DNA from: Verrucomicrobiota bacterium | GTDB taxonomy: Bacteria; Verrucomicrobiota; Verrucomicrobiia; Opitutales; Seribacteraceae | Reading direction: 5' to 3' | Length of the DNA stretch: 64,000 nucleotides | Assembly: GCA_027622665.1 (NCBI GenBank) | Contig: JAQBYT010000008.1 | Location: 71,382-135,381, forward strand | Part shown: positions 19,706 through 35,648 of the stretch, piece by piece | Position numbering within the stretch: the first letter of the stretch is position 1 | How the letters are laid out: every line of letters starts with the position of its first letter | Made by a program: the position numbers and the translations under genes | The notes under the pieces: generated by a model | What the model was told of the DNA's origin: nothing | The model's input: the letters and a program-made list of their open reading frames with translations, nothing else | The model's database searches: none

Positions 19706-21598
19706 TTGAGCATGACCCCTCTTCACACTTTTTGCCAATGCTGCAACCGATTAGTCTTCGCGGTACTTTTATTATTTTGCGTAGCGAGTTGTAGAACAAG
19801 TGAGGTGGCAATCATGCCTTCGGAAAAGTCTCTCGACGACTTTTCGAATCCCAACCAGTTGGGGACATATGAACTCTGGCAAAAAGTCATCGAGGAAACG
19901 GAAATCGAGAAAAAAGCGAAACTTGTGCTTTTGGATCATGGGGATGAAGCTCTTGCTGCCCGCATCAACCTAATACGTTCCTCCACAAAAAGCGTCCGAA
20001 TTCAGACCTTCAATTGGAAAACGGATGAAACTGGCCGTTTCGTCCTTTGGGAACTCTTGCGTGCAGTGAAGCAACGCGGGATTCAGGTGGAAATACTCAT
20101 CGACCAGATGTTTGGGGAGCAGGATCCCCAGATGGTCGCCTTCCTCGCCTCTTTCGACCCCAATTTTCGTATTAAGTTCTATAACCCGACCTTCAACCAG
20201 CTGGACCCATCCACCATAGAACAACTTGCCGATTTAGCCTACGATTTTCACGCCTTTAACGTACGTCATCATAACAAGTTGTTCATTGTGGACGATCAAC
20301 TCGTAATTACGGGAGGTCGCAACTACGCGAACCGTTATTTCGATCGTGCCATCGGTTTGAACTACAAGGATCGTGACGTCTTGGTCGTAACTCCGGATCC
20401 CGAAGCTGCCCTGAATTCCTTTCGCGAGTATTGGGAATCGGATTTATCCGTGTCCTCGAGAGATTTGGAGGATATTCGTGAACTGATAGAAGATCAAGAT
20501 TTCCCATCTCTTCTTACCAAGGAAAACTTTCGGCTGAATCACCTCTTTGGCGAACTTGCGAAAAGGGCAAGTGAAGAAAATTACGTCACCGATATCTTCA
20601 TCAAGCCAATGGCGTTTGTTGAGGAAATCAAATGGGTTTTCGATTCTCCCGACAAAACCGTTCAATCCCCCGAATCACAAGCCAGCGTTGCTCAAGAATT
20701 GGCAGAGCTAGTGGCGAATGCCAAAAGAGAAATCTTCATACAATCCCCTTACGTCGTATTGAGCGAAAAAGCCATTGCTCTCTTCCGTGAGATCAAAGCC
20801 AAGAACCCCGATCTACGGATTGTCGTATCAACAAATAGTCTAGCGGCAACGGACAGCTGGACCACCTATGCGGCCAATTACAAGGAAAAGCGGCTTTATT
20901 TGGAAGAACTTGGCTTCGAGATGTGGGAATTCAAGCCGATGCCGCCGGATATTCACAAGATGATGGCCTACGATGCCCTTCTCTCTCGCCGACCAACAAA
21001 CGATGAAATTGTCAATTACCGTAGGATTCCTTTCAAGATCGATAAATCCCTTCCGGCATTCCCGTTCAACTCAGAGGCTTCGGAAAAAACTATTTACCGA
21101 CTCGATCGCCGAAACGACCACCTGCGCACCCCTCCTTTTCTGTCAATGCATGCCAAATCTATGGTCATTGACGAAGAAGTCGCCTATGTGGGTTCCTTCA
21201 ATTTTGACCCTCGCTCGGTCGACTACAATACCGAAGTCGGTCTTATCGTTAGGGACAAGGCATTCGCTGAAAAACTTCGCCAAAGCATCCAGTTGATTGC
21301 ATCGCCCGCAAATAGTTATCGGATTGCGATCCAGAAGGGATTTCCAGTAATTCGCACATTCAACAGAATTCTTAATCGAATTTCGGAAAGCTTACCCCTT
21401 CTAGATCCTTGGCCCTTTCGAATCTATTCCTCTTTTCGTCTTAGGCAAGGCATGGAACCGGTACTGCCATCCAGTCCCATGTTTTACGAGAATTGGGAGG
21501 ACGTTGGCAATTTTCCACAACTTGGTTTTTTTGCCCGCAAGAAGGTGGCGGCACGTCTTTTCAAGAGTGCTGCAATGATTCTAAAACCCTTGCTCTAG
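19706..21598 (+). CDS. Phospholipase D family protein (ClsC/YmdC-like), possible lipoprotein
   Basis: Two HxKxxxxD motifs (HNKLFIVD...GGRN; HAKSMVID...GSFNFDPRS), STNSLAATD; VASC lipobox-like site. Confidence 0.9.
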   Translation: MSMTPLHTFCQCCNRLVFAVLLLFCVASCRTSEVAIMPSEKSLDDFSNPNQLGTYELWQKVIEETEIEKKAKLVLLDHGDEALAARINLIRSSTKSVRIQTFNWKTDETGRFVLWELLRAVKQRGIQVEILIDQMFGEQDPQMVAFLASFDPNFRIKFYNPTFNQLDPSTIEQLADLAYDFHAFNVRHHNKLFIVDDQLVITGGRNYANRYFDRAIGLNYKDRDVLVVTPDPEAALNSFREYWESDLSVSSRDLEDIRELIEDQDFPSLLTKENFRLNHLFGELAKRASEENYVTDIFIKPMAFVEEIKWVFDSPDKTVQSPESQASVAQELAELVANAKREIFIQSPYVVLSEKAIALFREIKAKNPDLRIVVSTNSLAATDSWTTYAANYKEKRLYLEELGFEMWEFKPMPPDIHKMMAYDALLSRRPTNDEIVNYRRIPFKIDKSLPAFPFNSEASEKTIYRLDRRNDHLRTPPFLSMHAKSMVIDEEVAYVGSFNFDPRSVDYNTEVGLIVRDKAFAEKLRQSIQLIASPANSYRIAIQKGFPVIRTFNRILNRISESLPLLDPWPFRIYSSFRLRQGMEPVLPSSPMFYENWEDVGNFPQLGFFARKKVAARLFKSAAMILKPLL

Positions 21599-21661
21599 AG
21601 GATTTGCAGACCATTTATTCGTTGACTATAAACCGCCGAGCTTGTTCTAGTATAATTCTAT

Positions 21662-22285
21662 ATGAAACAAGTATTCTTTAGTCATTTTCTTTGTTTCCTG
21701 TCTCTCTTCTGGTTTACTTCCGTATCCGCCAAGTCGCGTCTTGGAGAGTACTATCTGGGATTTGGATATTCCATGGCGGATGGAGACAAGCAATCGTCAC
21801 ATGATACTGGAGATATTCTCTCCATCATGGCAAACAGTCCTGCCACTCAGTCTGCCGATTGGCGTTTGGCGCTGGAATACGGAAACTACGATTTGGTTCC
21901 TGATGGAGACAAAACTTCTTGGGGGCTAACCTTGGATTACATAATGCATTACGATGACTATGTCTTTCAAAACGGTATGTTTCGTCCTTATTTTGGCATC
22001 GGTCTCGGTTACTTCAGTGATGGTGCCAAAATTCATCTGAACGACAACGGCTTTAACTGGAGTCTAATGGTGGGTTCGGAAATGTTGTTTACTGATGATC
22101 TATCCATGTACTTCGGTGGTAGTTTCTACGGGATGTGGAGCGATTTCGGCGACAATGACTGGAAGTGGGACGTCGGATTCACTTGGTGGATCAACGATAT
22201 TCATGGAATCTCGATCGATTACCAACGTCCCGCCGAGAAAAACATGAACTTCATCGGTCTTAAATACCTCTACTCTTGGCAGTAG
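21662..22285 (+). CDS. Small outer-membrane beta-barrel protein
   Basis: Signal peptide, alternating aromatic beta strands, RPYFGIGLGY, C-terminal YLYSW. Confidence 0.8.
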   Translation: MKQVFFSHFLCFLSLFWFTSVSAKSRLGEYYLGFGYSMADGDKQSSHDTGDILSIMANSPATQSADWRLALEYGNYDLVPDGDKTSWGLTLDYIMHYDDYVFQNGMFRPYFGIGLGYFSDGAKIHLNDNGFNWSLMVGSEMLFTDDLSMYFGGSFYGMWSDFGDNDWKWDVGFTWWINDIHGISIDYQRPAEKNMNFIGLKYLYSWQ

Positions 22286-22300
22286 TCCTGTTGGACTTGT

Positions 22301-26764
<4,464 letters not shown>

Positions 26765-26896
26765 GGGATAAAACTAAAAGATGGAGCATTCTCTTTAAAA
26801 GGCTCGGGAAGTCAACGCCGAGTTTAAGAGTGTATTCTTGGCATGAACGCGAGAATTCATATATTTAGAAGGGCAAAGAAACATACTATCAGTACA

Positions 26897-27748
26897 TCAA
26901 TCGAAGACCACAGTCTTGTTTTTGTAGACGAGAATTCGGTTCTCAAGCTGTCGACGCACGGCCGTAGCCAAGACTATTTTTTCAAGATCACGCCCTTTGG
27001 TGATGAGGTCCCGCACGCCGTTGCGATGGCTCACTCGATTAACGTCTTGGCAAATGATTGGCCCTTCATCCAGTACCGGGGTAACGAAATGTGCGGTAGC
27101 CCCGATAATCTTGACGCCTCGACGATAAGCTTGGTGGTAAGGTTTTGCTCCTGCAAAAGAAGGAAGAAAGGAATGGTGGATATTGATAACTGGGCAATCG
27201 ACTTGATTCAGAAAATTCTCACTGAGAACTTGCATGTAACGAGCAAGCACAACCAGTCCCACGCCTTGTTCGCGTATGAAATTGAGTTGAGCTACTTCTG
27301 CCTCGGCTTTGTTTTCCTCCGTGCAGGGAATATGCAGAAACGGCAGCCCGTACTTCTGCGTGGGATGATCAAGGTCGGGATGATTCGATACCACGCCGAC
27401 TATTTCACCTCGAAGTTCCTTGGCTTTCCAACGAAGAATCAGGTCGTGAAAACAGTGGTCGGCCTTCGACACGAAAAGGACGACGGGAGGGCGTTCGTTC
27501 GAGAGAGCAGTACGAACCTTCATCCCGAGCTCTTTTTCGACCATTTTGGCGAAGAGATCAGATTCCGCATCGAGGTCTTCGTCTTTTGCTGCATGCCACT
27601 CGACGCGTTGAAAAAATACGTCCTCCTCACGATCGAGATGCTGGTCCGCATGGAGCACGTTGCCGCCCCTGTCATGAATCCATCCGGCAATCCTCGCCAC
27701 TATTCCCGGACGATCGGGACCATGCAAAAGCGCTACGATGGATACCAT
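26897..27748 (-). CDS. purU: Formyltetrahydrofolate deformylase
   Basis: ACT domain (PDRPGIVA), LARYMQVLS, INIHHSFLPSF, GVKIIGATAHFV, LDEGPII. Confidence 0.96.
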   Translation of the reverse strand: MVSIVALLHGPDRPGIVARIAGWIHDRGGNVLHADQHLDREEDVFFQRVEWHAAKDEDLDAESDLFAKMVEKELGMKVRTALSNERPPVVLFVSKADHCFHDLILRWKAKELRGEIVGVVSNHPDLDHPTQKYGLPFLHIPCTEENKAEAEVAQLNFIREQGVGLVVLARYMQVLSENFLNQVDCPVINIHHSFLPSFAGAKPYHQAYRRGVKIIGATAHFVTPVLDEGPIICQDVNRVSHRNGVRDLITKGRDLEKIVLATAVRRQLENRILVYKNKTVVFD

Positions 27749-27755
27749 GGGAAAA

Positions 27756-30700
27756 CTAACTGCTGAGAGCTCTCGCATATTCCTGAAGAGACTTTACTTC
27801 GAAATCCTTTTCCTTCAGTGATCGAATACCTTCGAGTGCGGCAAAAGCGGAACCTAATGTCGTCATTACGGGAACACCATAGAGGACCGCTTCGCTCCGA
27901 ATTCCGTTTTCGTCGCGGCGAGGAATCAGTCCAAGGGGAGTGTTGATTACTAGCTGAATCTTTCCGTTCTTAATAAAGTCGGCAACGTTCGGTCGCCCTT
28001 CGCTAATTCGAAGAATATGTTCCGCGACAAGGCCGTTTTCACGAAAGAACTTAGCGGTTCCTTCTGTGGAATAAATATTAAAGCCAAGATCCGACAGTCC
28101 CTTTGCAATTACTAGAGCTTGTGTCTTGTCGGCATCCTTCACACTAATGAATGCGTTCCCCTCAAGGGGCAGAGATGGTTTGGCGGCCATTTGGGTTTTG
28201 GCGAAAGCGAGACCGAAATCTTCGTCCTGTCCCATCACTTCCCCCGTGCTTCTCATTTCTGGCGTTAGTACGATAGGAGATCCCGGAAAGCGATTGAAGG
28301 GGAAGACCGATTCCTTGATCGCCCAATGCCGGGGGATTATTTCTTCAGTAAAACCGAGTTCCCGTAAAGTTGCTCCCGCCATAACTCGGGCTCCGAGCTT
28401 GGCCAAGGGAACGCCGATCGCCTTGCTCACGAAAGGGATCGTTCGAGATGCTCGAGGATTCACTTCTAAGACATAGAGTTTGCCGTCCTTTATCGCAAAC
28501 TGTATGTTCATTAGGCCCACAACGGATAACGCACGTGCCAATGAATAAGTGGCTTGGCGAACGGTTTCAATCATTTCCTGAGAAAGGTCGTGAGGAGGTA
28601 AAACCATCGCCGCATCCCCACTGTGAACACCTGCAAACTCGATGTGCTGGAGCATGCCTCCCACGACGTGAGTTTCGCCGTCGGAGATGCAATCAACGTC
28701 GAGCTCGATTGCGTCTTCGAGGAACTTGTCGAGAAGGACCGGCTTGCCGGGAGCCACGGCAAAGGTCTCAGCCAAGACGTTGTCCAGTTCCTTTTCGTCG
28801 TAAACGATGAACATGCCTCGCCCCCCGAGCACAAAAGATGGTCGAAGCAGGACAGGATAGCCGATGCGGCTTGCGGCAGCTCTGGCGGCATCGGCTTCGA
28901 GGGCTGTTTCATTGACGGGTTGCCGAAGACCAATCTCGTCTAGAATACGTTTGAATTTTTCACGATCCTCGGCGAGGTCAATGCTTTCGGGCGAAGTCCC
29001 GATAACCTCGACACCATTCGCCTTCAGTCCCTCAGCTAAATTAAGAGGAGTCTGGCCTCCGTACTGGACAATGGCTCCATCGCATTCTTCCTGTCTGTAA
29101 ATTTCGAGAACGTCTTCGAGAGTCAAAGGCTCGAAGTACAGGCGATCAGAAACATCGTAGTCGGTGGAAACGGTTTCGGGGTTTGAATTGACCATCACGG
29201 TCTCGATGCCAGCTTCACGAAGCGCAAAGGAAGCGTGCACGCAACAGTAGTCGAATTCGATACCTTGTCCAATTCGGTTGGGTCCGCCTCCTAAAATCAT
29301 CACTTTCTTTTTAGTGGAACGGACGAGTTCGTTTTCATCACCATAGGAAGAGTAAAAGTAGGGAGTGAAGGCTTCGAATTCAGCCGCGCAGGTATCGACT
29401 AGGCGAAAGGTAGTTTCAATGCCTTCCTTCATGCGATGTTCACGAACTACAGACGAAGAGACTCCCCAGTAATCGGCCAATTGACGGTCCGAGAAACCAT
29501 ACTCCTTTGCTCGACGCAGAGCCGTGGCATCAATGCCCATGAGAGAGTTGTCTTTTAGCTCTCGTTCCATTGCATGTATGAGGCGTAATTGTTCCAAGAA
29601 CCATGGATCGATTTTTGAAGCGGCATGAATCTCTTCCACATTCATGCCTGCCGAGAAAGCCTTGTGGAGATAAAGCGTTCGCTCGGCAGAAGGTCTTGAA
29701 AGGCCAAATCTCAGGGCGGATGGATCAAGTTCGAGGTCGGCAAGTTTTCCCGCCTCGAAACCCTTGAGACCAATCTCCAAGGACCTCATAGCCTTCTGGA
29801 AGGATTCTTTGAAGGTTCGACCGATCGCCATGGCCTCACCTACGGATTTCATGGTGGAAGTGAGGGTGGAGTCCGTTTCGGGAAATTTCTCAAAAGTAAA
29901 ACGGGGAACTTTAGTGACAACGTAGTCTATGGATGGTTCGAAGCTGGCGGGGGTTTCTCGGGTGACGTCGTTGCGAAGTTCGTCCAATGAATAACCAACG
30001 GCGAGTTTAGCTGCAATTTTGGCAATGGGGAAACCAGTTGCCTTTGAAGCGAGCGCCGAGCTTCTGGAGACTCTCGGATTCATTTCGATCACGACCATTC
30101 TACCGGTCTTGGGACAATTGGAAAACTGAATGTTGCTGCCTCCAGTTTCCACGCCGATTTCACGAATACATGCGAAAGAAGCGTCTCGCATAAGCTGGAA
30201 TTCTTTGTCCGACAAGGTCATTGCAGGAGCAACGGTAATGGAATCGCCGGTATGAACTCCCATGGGATCGAAGTTTTCAATCGAGCAAATGAGGACGCAC
30301 TGATCCTTGAAATCGCGCATGACCTCCATTTCGTACTCCTTCCATCCCAGCAAGCACTCTTCGACAAGAATCTGCCTCACCGGCGAGGCATCCAGACCCT
30401 TGCGGACCATTTCGTCGAATTCCTCTCGATTGTAGGCAATTCCGCCGCCCGTACCACCAAGAGTGAACGCAGGCCGAATGATAAAGGGGAAGTCTCCCAC
30501 TTCTTGAAAGCCGGATTGTGCCTGTTCCAGAGTATTAACAGCTATGGATTTTGCCACATCGAGACCGATTTTGATCATGGCTTGCTTGAAGAGTTCACGA
30601 TCCTCGCCCTTTTTGATCGCATCCGGTTTGGCGCCTATCATCTCCACGCCATGCTCATCAAGAATTCCCGCCTCGAAGAGCTCGAGTGAAAGATTTAACC

Positions 30701-30983
30701 CGGTTTGGCCTCCAAGGGTCGGCAGCAGAGCATCGGGTTTTTCCTTCTCTATGATCTTTCTAACGGACTCGACAGTGAGTGGCTCGACGTAAGTGGCGTC
30801 GGCAAATTCCGGATCCGTCATGATGGTGGCCGGATTGCTGTTGACCAAAACTACTCTATACCCCTCTTCACGGAGGGCTTTGCAAGCTTGGGCTCCACTA
30901 TAGTCGAACTCACAGGCTTGCCCAATAATTATGGGGCCTGAGCCAATGATCAAGATCGTCTCGATGTCTGTGCGTTTTGGCAT
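27756..30983 (-). CDS. carB: Carbamoyl-phosphate synthase large subunit
   Basis: [46 protein letters not shown]-terminal MGS domain. Confidence 0.98.
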   Translation of the reverse strand: MPKRTDIETILIIGSGPIIIGQACEFDYSGAQACKALREEGYRVVLVNSNPATIMTDPEFADATYVEPLTVESVRKIIEKEKPDALLPTLGGQTGLNLSLELFEAGILDEHGVEMIGAKPDAIKKGEDRELFKQAMIKIGLDVAKSIAVNTLEQAQSGFQEVGDFPFIIRPAFTLGGTGGGIAYNREEFDEMVRKGLDASPVRQILVEECLLGWKEYEMEVMRDFKDQCVLICSIENFDPMGVHTGDSITVAPAMTLSDKEFQLMRDASFACIREIGVETGGSNIQFSNCPKTGRMVVIEMNPRVSRSSALASKATGFPIAKIAAKLAVGYSLDELRNDVTRETPASFEPSIDYVVTKVPRFTFEKFPETDSTLTSTMKSVGEAMAIGRTFKESFQKAMRSLEIGLKGFEAGKLADLELDPSALRFGLSRPSAERTLYLHKAFSAGMNVEEIHAASKIDPWFLEQLRLIHAMERELKDNSLMGIDATALRRAKEYGFSDRQLADYWGVSSSVVREHRMKEGIETTFRLVDTCAAEFEAFTPYFYSSYGDENELVRSTKKKVMILGGGPNRIGQGIEFDYCCVHASFALREAGIETVMVNSNPETVSTDYDVSDRLYFEPLTLEDVLEIYRQEECDGAIVQYGGQTPLNLAEGLKANGVEVIGTSPESIDLAEDREKFKRILDEIGLRQPVNETALEADAARAAASRIGYPVLLRPSFVLGGRGMFIVYDEKELDNVLAETFAVAPGKPVLLDKFLEDAIELDVDCISDGETHVVGGMLQHIEFAGVHSGDAAMVLPPHDLSQEMIETVRQATYSLARALSVVGLMNIQFAIKDGKLYVLEVNPRASRTIPFVSKAIGVPLAKLGARVMAGATLRELGFTEEIIPRHWAIKESVFPFNRFPGSPIVLTPEMRSTGEVMGQDEDFGLAFAKTQMAAKPSLPLEGNAFISVKDADKTQALVIAKGLSDLGFNIYSTEGTAKFFRENGLVAEHILRISEGRPNVADFIKNGKIQLVINTPLGLIPRRDENGIRSEAVLYGVPVMTTLGSAFAALEGIRSLKEKDFEVKSLQEYARALSS

Positions 30984-31020
30984 ATTTGAATTGTTCTGAA
31001 ATAGGTAATGTTCAGGGCAC

Positions 31021-31050
31021 AAAAAAGAGGCTCCCCGAATAGGGAGCCTC
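31021..31050 (-). terminator. Rho-independent terminator downstream of the small Cys-rich gene
   Basis: GAGGCTCCC-cgaata-GGGAGCCTC perfect 9-bp stem followed by T6 on the minus strand. Confidence 0.85.
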
Positions 31051-31087
31051 TCCTTAAGAGATAAATCTCAAATTGTGAAATGAATAA

Positions 31088-31408
31088 TTAGACTTCCTTT
31101 GGGGGAGTAGATGCCTCGCCCTTGCATTTGGCGCAGCAGAATCCGATTGTTACCGTCTTCTTGGCGGGTTTGCCGGTAACTGGGCATTTTTTGAAGTTAC
31201 CCTTGGCTTTCAACGCAAGCTTGGGATCTTTGGCGACCTTTTTGGCACAGTTTCCGCAGCATACGCCGACGTCAACGGTTTGGTCGGCATTGACAGCTTT
31301 TCCGGAAATTGGGCACTCTTTGTTGACGGGGGCAGCAGCTTTCTTAGCTCCAAAAGAGAAGGCAACGCAGATTGCGAGAGCAGAAGCGATAGCAAGTATT
31401 TTTTTCAT
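31088..31408 (-). CDS. Small secreted protein with two TRASH/YHS-like Cys motifs
   Basis: Signal peptide MKKILAIASALAICVAFSFG; CPISGK...GVCCGNC and CPVTGK...GFCCAKC; has its own terminator. Confidence 0.85.
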   Translation of the reverse strand: MKKILAIASALAICVAFSFGAKKAAAPVNKECPISGKAVNADQTVDVGVCCGNCAKKVAKDPKLALKAKGNFKKCPVTGKPAKKTVTIGFCCAKCKGEASTPPKEV

Positions 31409-31524
31409 TATGTGGAATCCTTTTTTATGATTATTTTATCGAACAAGTTGAGAACAAGTTGAGAGCCATAATGTAGACTCACTTGAATTCGTTCAAGACA
31501 AATTACTGCGATTCAGGCAATTTC

Positions 31525-32190
31525 TTATGCGATGGGCGGAAGGTTTCCTCCGCCGGAAAATTGAGCGATGGCATCCTTTATCTTCAATTTTCCGGATACC
31601 ATCCGAATAGTTTTGCCAATGGTCAGGTAATTTCGCAGGCATTCGATTATGGCGTCTGCGACGTCCTCACGGGAAATGGTTGCGTGCCGTTCCAAGTCTT
31701 CCGCCACTTCAATGCGCCCTGTTCCGGGTTCGTCCTGCAACCTGCCCGGTTGCAAAATGACATAGTCCAAACCACTAGCCCGCAAGTGGTTGTCGGCTAC
31801 CCCCTTGGCCCTTAGGTAATGGCGGATACGATCGGATTCGGATTTCGGATCCGCGCCAATGGCACTCACCATAACAAATCGCCGCACTCCGTCTTTTACG
31901 CAATCGTCGATAAGCCGCATCGCCGCGTTTTGGTCGACGTCGATAGTCTTCTCAGGGCCCGTGTTGGCGCCCGAACCAGCGGTGAAGACTACTGCATCCA
32001 TACCCGGCAAGAACTCCGAAATGCCATTCTCGATATCCCCCACCACGGAAGGCACCCCAAATGCGGTAAACTTCATTTGCTGGCGTATGTCTCGTATTAC
32101 AGCGACGGGAGAGAAATCATGAGCGGCCCACAATTTGCCACTCAACAACGTCCCCACCTTTCCATTGGCACCGACTATCAGAACCTTCAT
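31525..32190 (-). CDS. Atypical SDR / NAD(P)H-binding oxidoreductase
   Basis: GANGKVG, VVFTAGSG, FVMVSAIGA, YLRAK, ISREDVA. Confidence 0.9.
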   Translation of the reverse strand: MKVLIVGANGKVGTLLSGKLWAAHDFSPVAVIRDIRQQMKFTAFGVPSVVGDIENGISEFLPGMDAVVFTAGSGANTGPEKTIDVDQNAAMRLIDDCVKDGVRRFVMVSAIGADPKSESDRIRHYLRAKGVADNHLRASGLDYVILQPGRLQDEPGTGRIEVAEDLERHATISREDVADAIIECLRNYLTIGKTIRMVSGKLKIKDAIAQFSGGGNLPPIA

Positions 32191-32283
32191 TTCGCCTAAC
32201 CTACTTCATCGGGGAGGAAATGCAAGGGTCGCGGCAAATCGTTTTTTATCGTCATTCGGTCCGCCTATCCATAATGGGGTGAT

Positions 32284-33807
32284 GTGGAAAATATCGCGCA
32301 GTCCGCAGTTCGTACCCGAGTGGCTCCATCCCCAACGGGCGACCCGCACGTCGGGACCGCCTACATGGCGTTGTTTAATCTTGTCTTTGCTCGCAAGCAT
32401 GGCGGGCAGTTCATTTTACGCATCGAGGACACGGACAGAGCTCGATCCACCGAAAAATCGGAAAAAGCCATTCTCGACTCATTGGGTTGGCTAGGTCTGC
32501 AATGGGATGAAGGTCCGGACGTCGGTGGCGATCTCGGTCCATACAGGCAAAGCGAACGTCTCGACATTTATGAGGTCCATGTCCAGAAACTGCTTGAGAA
32601 CGGAAGTGCCTACCGCTGTTTTTGCTCATCCGAACGCCTTTCCGCACTTCGCTCTGAGCAAATGGCCAATAAGGAAACCCCTCGCTACGATGGTCACTGC
32701 CTTTCTTTAGACCTCGAGGAAGCTGAAAGCCATGCTTCTGGGGGGACTCCCTATGTGGTGAGACTAAATGTCCCCACTGAGGGAGAGTGCATTTTTCGGG
32801 ACGAGCTTCGCGATGAGATTCGAATAGCGTGGTCGCAGGTCGACCATCAAGTGCTCAGAAAGTCCGATGGATTCCCCACCTATCATCTCGCCAACGTGGT
32901 CGATGATCACCTGATGGAGATCACCCACGTCATTCGAGGCGAGGAATGGATCAACAGTGCTCCCAAGCATATTCTTTTGTACGAAGCTTTTGGGTGGGCG
33001 CCTCCAACATTCATTCATCTTCCACTCCTTCGCAATCCCGACAAGTCGAAGCTTTCCAAGAGAAAGAATCCCACGAGCATCTTCCATTACCGTGACGCGG
33101 GTTTTTTGCCGGAGGCAGTCGCAAACTACCTTGGGATGATGGCCTATACCCTACCCGATCAACGAGAAATCTTCTCCATTTCGGACATGTCGGAAACTTT
33201 CGACTCCTCACGCATCAGCTTGGGCGGGCCCATTTTCGACGTAACCAAGCTCAAGTGGCTCAATGGTCGATATCTCCGGGAAAAATTATCCGCTAATGAC
33301 CTTCTTGCTCGACTAAGCGAATGGAAGTACAACGACGAATTTCTAGGCAAGGTTCTTCCCCTCGCCCTACCCCGACTGGAAACCTTTTCCGACTTCGCTC
33401 CACTTGCCTCATTCCTATTTGCCGAAAAGGTGGAGATAGATGCGGAATCAATCTCGGGCAAATTGGAATCGGCAGATGCCGCAAGACTTATCAAGATAGC
33501 AGAATGGGAGTTCGAGAAACTCCGCGAATGGAAAGGCGAAGCGATAGGAAATGTGTTCAACCGCATAGCCGAAATAGAGGAATTGAAGCTGAAACAACTT
33601 ATGCCTACGTTTTTCGTTGCGATAAGTGGTTCCAGCGTTTCTCTTCCGCTCTTCGACGCCATGGCGATTCTGGGGCCCGATCTTTCCCGCAGCCGTTTGA
33701 GGCAAGCCTTGGATGTGCTGTCCGAAGCAGGTCACGGGCTTAGCAAAAAAGGGCTGAAGGCCTTGGAGAAAGAATACCAAGCCAAGTATGGGATTCGCGT
33801 AGATTAA
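32284..33807 (+). CDS. gltX: Glutamate--tRNA ligase
   Basis: RVAPSPTGDPHVG, RIEDTD, HVIRGEEW, KLSKR. Confidence 0.97.
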   Translation: MENIAQSAVRTRVAPSPTGDPHVGTAYMALFNLVFARKHGGQFILRIEDTDRARSTEKSEKAILDSLGWLGLQWDEGPDVGGDLGPYRQSERLDIYEVHVQKLLENGSAYRCFCSSERLSALRSEQMANKETPRYDGHCLSLDLEEAESHASGGTPYVVRLNVPTEGECIFRDELRDEIRIAWSQVDHQVLRKSDGFPTYHLANVVDDHLMEITHVIRGEEWINSAPKHILLYEAFGWAPPTFIHLPLLRNPDKSKLSKRKNPTSIFHYRDAGFLPEAVANYLGMMAYTLPDQREIFSISDMSETFDSSRISLGGPIFDVTKLKWLNGRYLREKLSANDLLARLSEWKYNDEFLGKVLPLALPRLETFSDFAPLASFLFAEKVEIDAESISGKLESADAARLIKIAEWEFEKLREWKGEAIGNVFNRIAEIEELKLKQLMPTFFVAISGSSVSLPLFDAMAILGPDLSRSRLRQALDVLSEAGHGLSKKGLKALEKEYQAKYGIRVD

Positions 33808-33832
33808 TTGGAAAACCTAAAATTTCGAAAAC

Positions 33833-35521
33833 ATGTCCGAACTTCAGGATTCTCAGAAAGAAGCCCCAATCGATTTCATTCGTTCCATTGTCCATGAGGA
33901 AGTCGAAGCAGGAAAAAACGACGGTCGTGTGCACACTCGATTTCCGCCCGAACCCAACGGTTACCTCCACCTCGGACACGCAAAGAGCATTTGCCTGAAT
34001 TTTGGCGTTGCCGATGAATTCGACGGGTTGTGCAACCTGCGGCTTGACGACACCAACCCCGTCGCAGAGAAGACGGAATATGCCAATGCCATCATGGAAG
34101 ACGTTCGCTGGCTCGGTTTCGACTGGGAAGACCGACTTTGTTATGCCTCGGACTATTTCGATCAACTTCACGAATGGGCCATACAATTGATCAAGGCCGG
34201 GAAAGCATACGTATGCGACCTTTCCGCCGAAGAAATGAGGGAAAAAAGAGGTACCTTGACCAAACCCGGCGAGAACTGTTGCTTTCGTGAACGTTCCGTT
34301 GAAGAGAATCTAGATCTCTTTGGCAAAATGAGGGATGGAGAGTTTGAGGATGGTTCCCATACCCTGCGGGTGAAGATCGACATGTCTTCCCCCAACCTGA
34401 ACATGCGAGATCCAGTGATCTACCGTATCGTGCATGCCGCGCATCCTCGAACGGGAGACAAATGGAAGATTTATCCATCCTATGATTTCGCTCACGGACA
34501 ATCCGATTCAATAGAAGGCATTACGCATTCCCTTTGTACATTGGAGTTTGAGGACCATCGCCCGCTGTATAATTGGTTTTGCGAAAACCTCGGAATTCAT
34601 CATCCCAGACAAATCGAATTTGCCAGGCTAAACCTCAATTACGTGGTCATGAGCAAGCGCAAGATGCGGCGTTTGGTTGAGGAAGGTCACGTATCCGGTT
34701 GGAGCGACCCGAGAATGCCCACGATTCAAGGATTGCGACGCAGAGGTTATACACCCGATTCGATTCGCAACTTTTCAGAAAAGGTGGGAGTGGCCAAACG
34801 CGATAACATGATCGAAGTCGCCCTGCTTGAACACTGCCTCAGAGACGACTTGAACAAAAAGGCTTCTCGCCGAATGGGAGTTCTCAGACCGCTCAAGGTC
34901 GTCATCGAGAACTATCCTGAAAATCAGGTCGAGGAACTGGACGCCATAAACAATCCGGAAAATCCGGACGCTGGTTCTCGAAAAGTTCCCTTCTCGCGAG
35001 AGCTTTATATCGAATGCGAGGACTTCATGGAGGATCCGCCTAAAAAATTCTTTCGCTTGGGTCCCGGACGTGAAGTGCGCTTGCGCTACGCCTACTATAT
35101 AACCTGCAACGACGTAGTGAAGGACGACAATGGTGAAGTCGTCGAGCTGCGATGCTCTTATGATCCCGAGACCAAGGGCGGGGATTCTCCCGACGGACGC
35201 AAGGTCAAGGGCACCCTGCACTGGGTAAGCGCATCCAAGGCATTGAATGCCGAGGTTCGGCTTTATGATCGTCTCTTTTCGAAAGAGAACCCGGAAGACG
35301 GTGACGACTTCACGTCCAACCTAAATCCTGATTCGCTGCAAACACTCCGCGACTGCAAATTGGAACCGGCTCTCGCTCGGACCGAGTCCGGCGTGTCCTT
35401 TCAGCTAGAGCGCCTCGGTTACTTTTGTCTCGATTCCAAGGACTCTTCTCCCGAAAACCTTGTTCTAAACAGGACCACGCCACTCAGGGATTCTTGGGCC
35501 AAACTTCAAAAGAAAGGATGA
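33833..35521 (+). CDS. glnS: Glutamine--tRNA ligase
   Basis: [46 protein letters not shown]. Confidence 0.97.
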   Translation: MSELQDSQKEAPIDFIRSIVHEEVEAGKNDGRVHTRFPPEPNGYLHLGHAKSICLNFGVADEFDGLCNLRLDDTNPVAEKTEYANAIMEDVRWLGFDWEDRLCYASDYFDQLHEWAIQLIKAGKAYVCDLSAEEMREKRGTLTKPGENCCFRERSVEENLDLFGKMRDGEFEDGSHTLRVKIDMSSPNLNMRDPVIYRIVHAAHPRTGDKWKIYPSYDFAHGQSDSIEGITHSLCTLEFEDHRPLYNWFCENLGIHHPRQIEFARLNLNYVVMSKRKMRRLVEEGHVSGWSDPRMPTIQGLRRRGYTPDSIRNFSEKVGVAKRDNMIEVALLEHCLRDDLNKKASRRMGVLRPLKVVIENYPENQVEELDAINNPENPDAGSRKVPFSRELYIECEDFMEDPPKKFFRLGPGREVRLRYAYYITCNDVVKDDNGEVVELRCSYDPETKGGDSPDGRKVKGTLHWVSASKALNAEVRLYDRLFSKENPEDGDDFTSNLNPDSLQTLRDCKLEPALARTESGVSFQLERLGYFCLDSKDSSPENLVLNRTTPLRDSWAKLQKKG

Positions 35522-35648
35522 ATGTCCTTTTTCTCTGACTTCATTCCACCCTCTTTTTCAAGCTTGCAAAAAAATCTTAAACATCAATCGTTTCACTCAA
35601 TTAAACAAACGACTCCATACCGTCGTAAACCAGTACAACAGACAAGAC

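Noticed and set aside
26843..27766. 307-aa plus-strand ORF and other long antisense ORFs (e.g. 5789-6643, 46676-47380, 61227-62081, 62852-63529)
   Set aside because: Shadow frames of well-supported genes with no recognisable motifs
31441..31455. GAAC-N7-GAAC as an alphaproteobacterial LexA box
   Set aside because: The organism does not look alphaproteobacterial and the downstream gene is not a repair gene; kept only as a generic direct repeat
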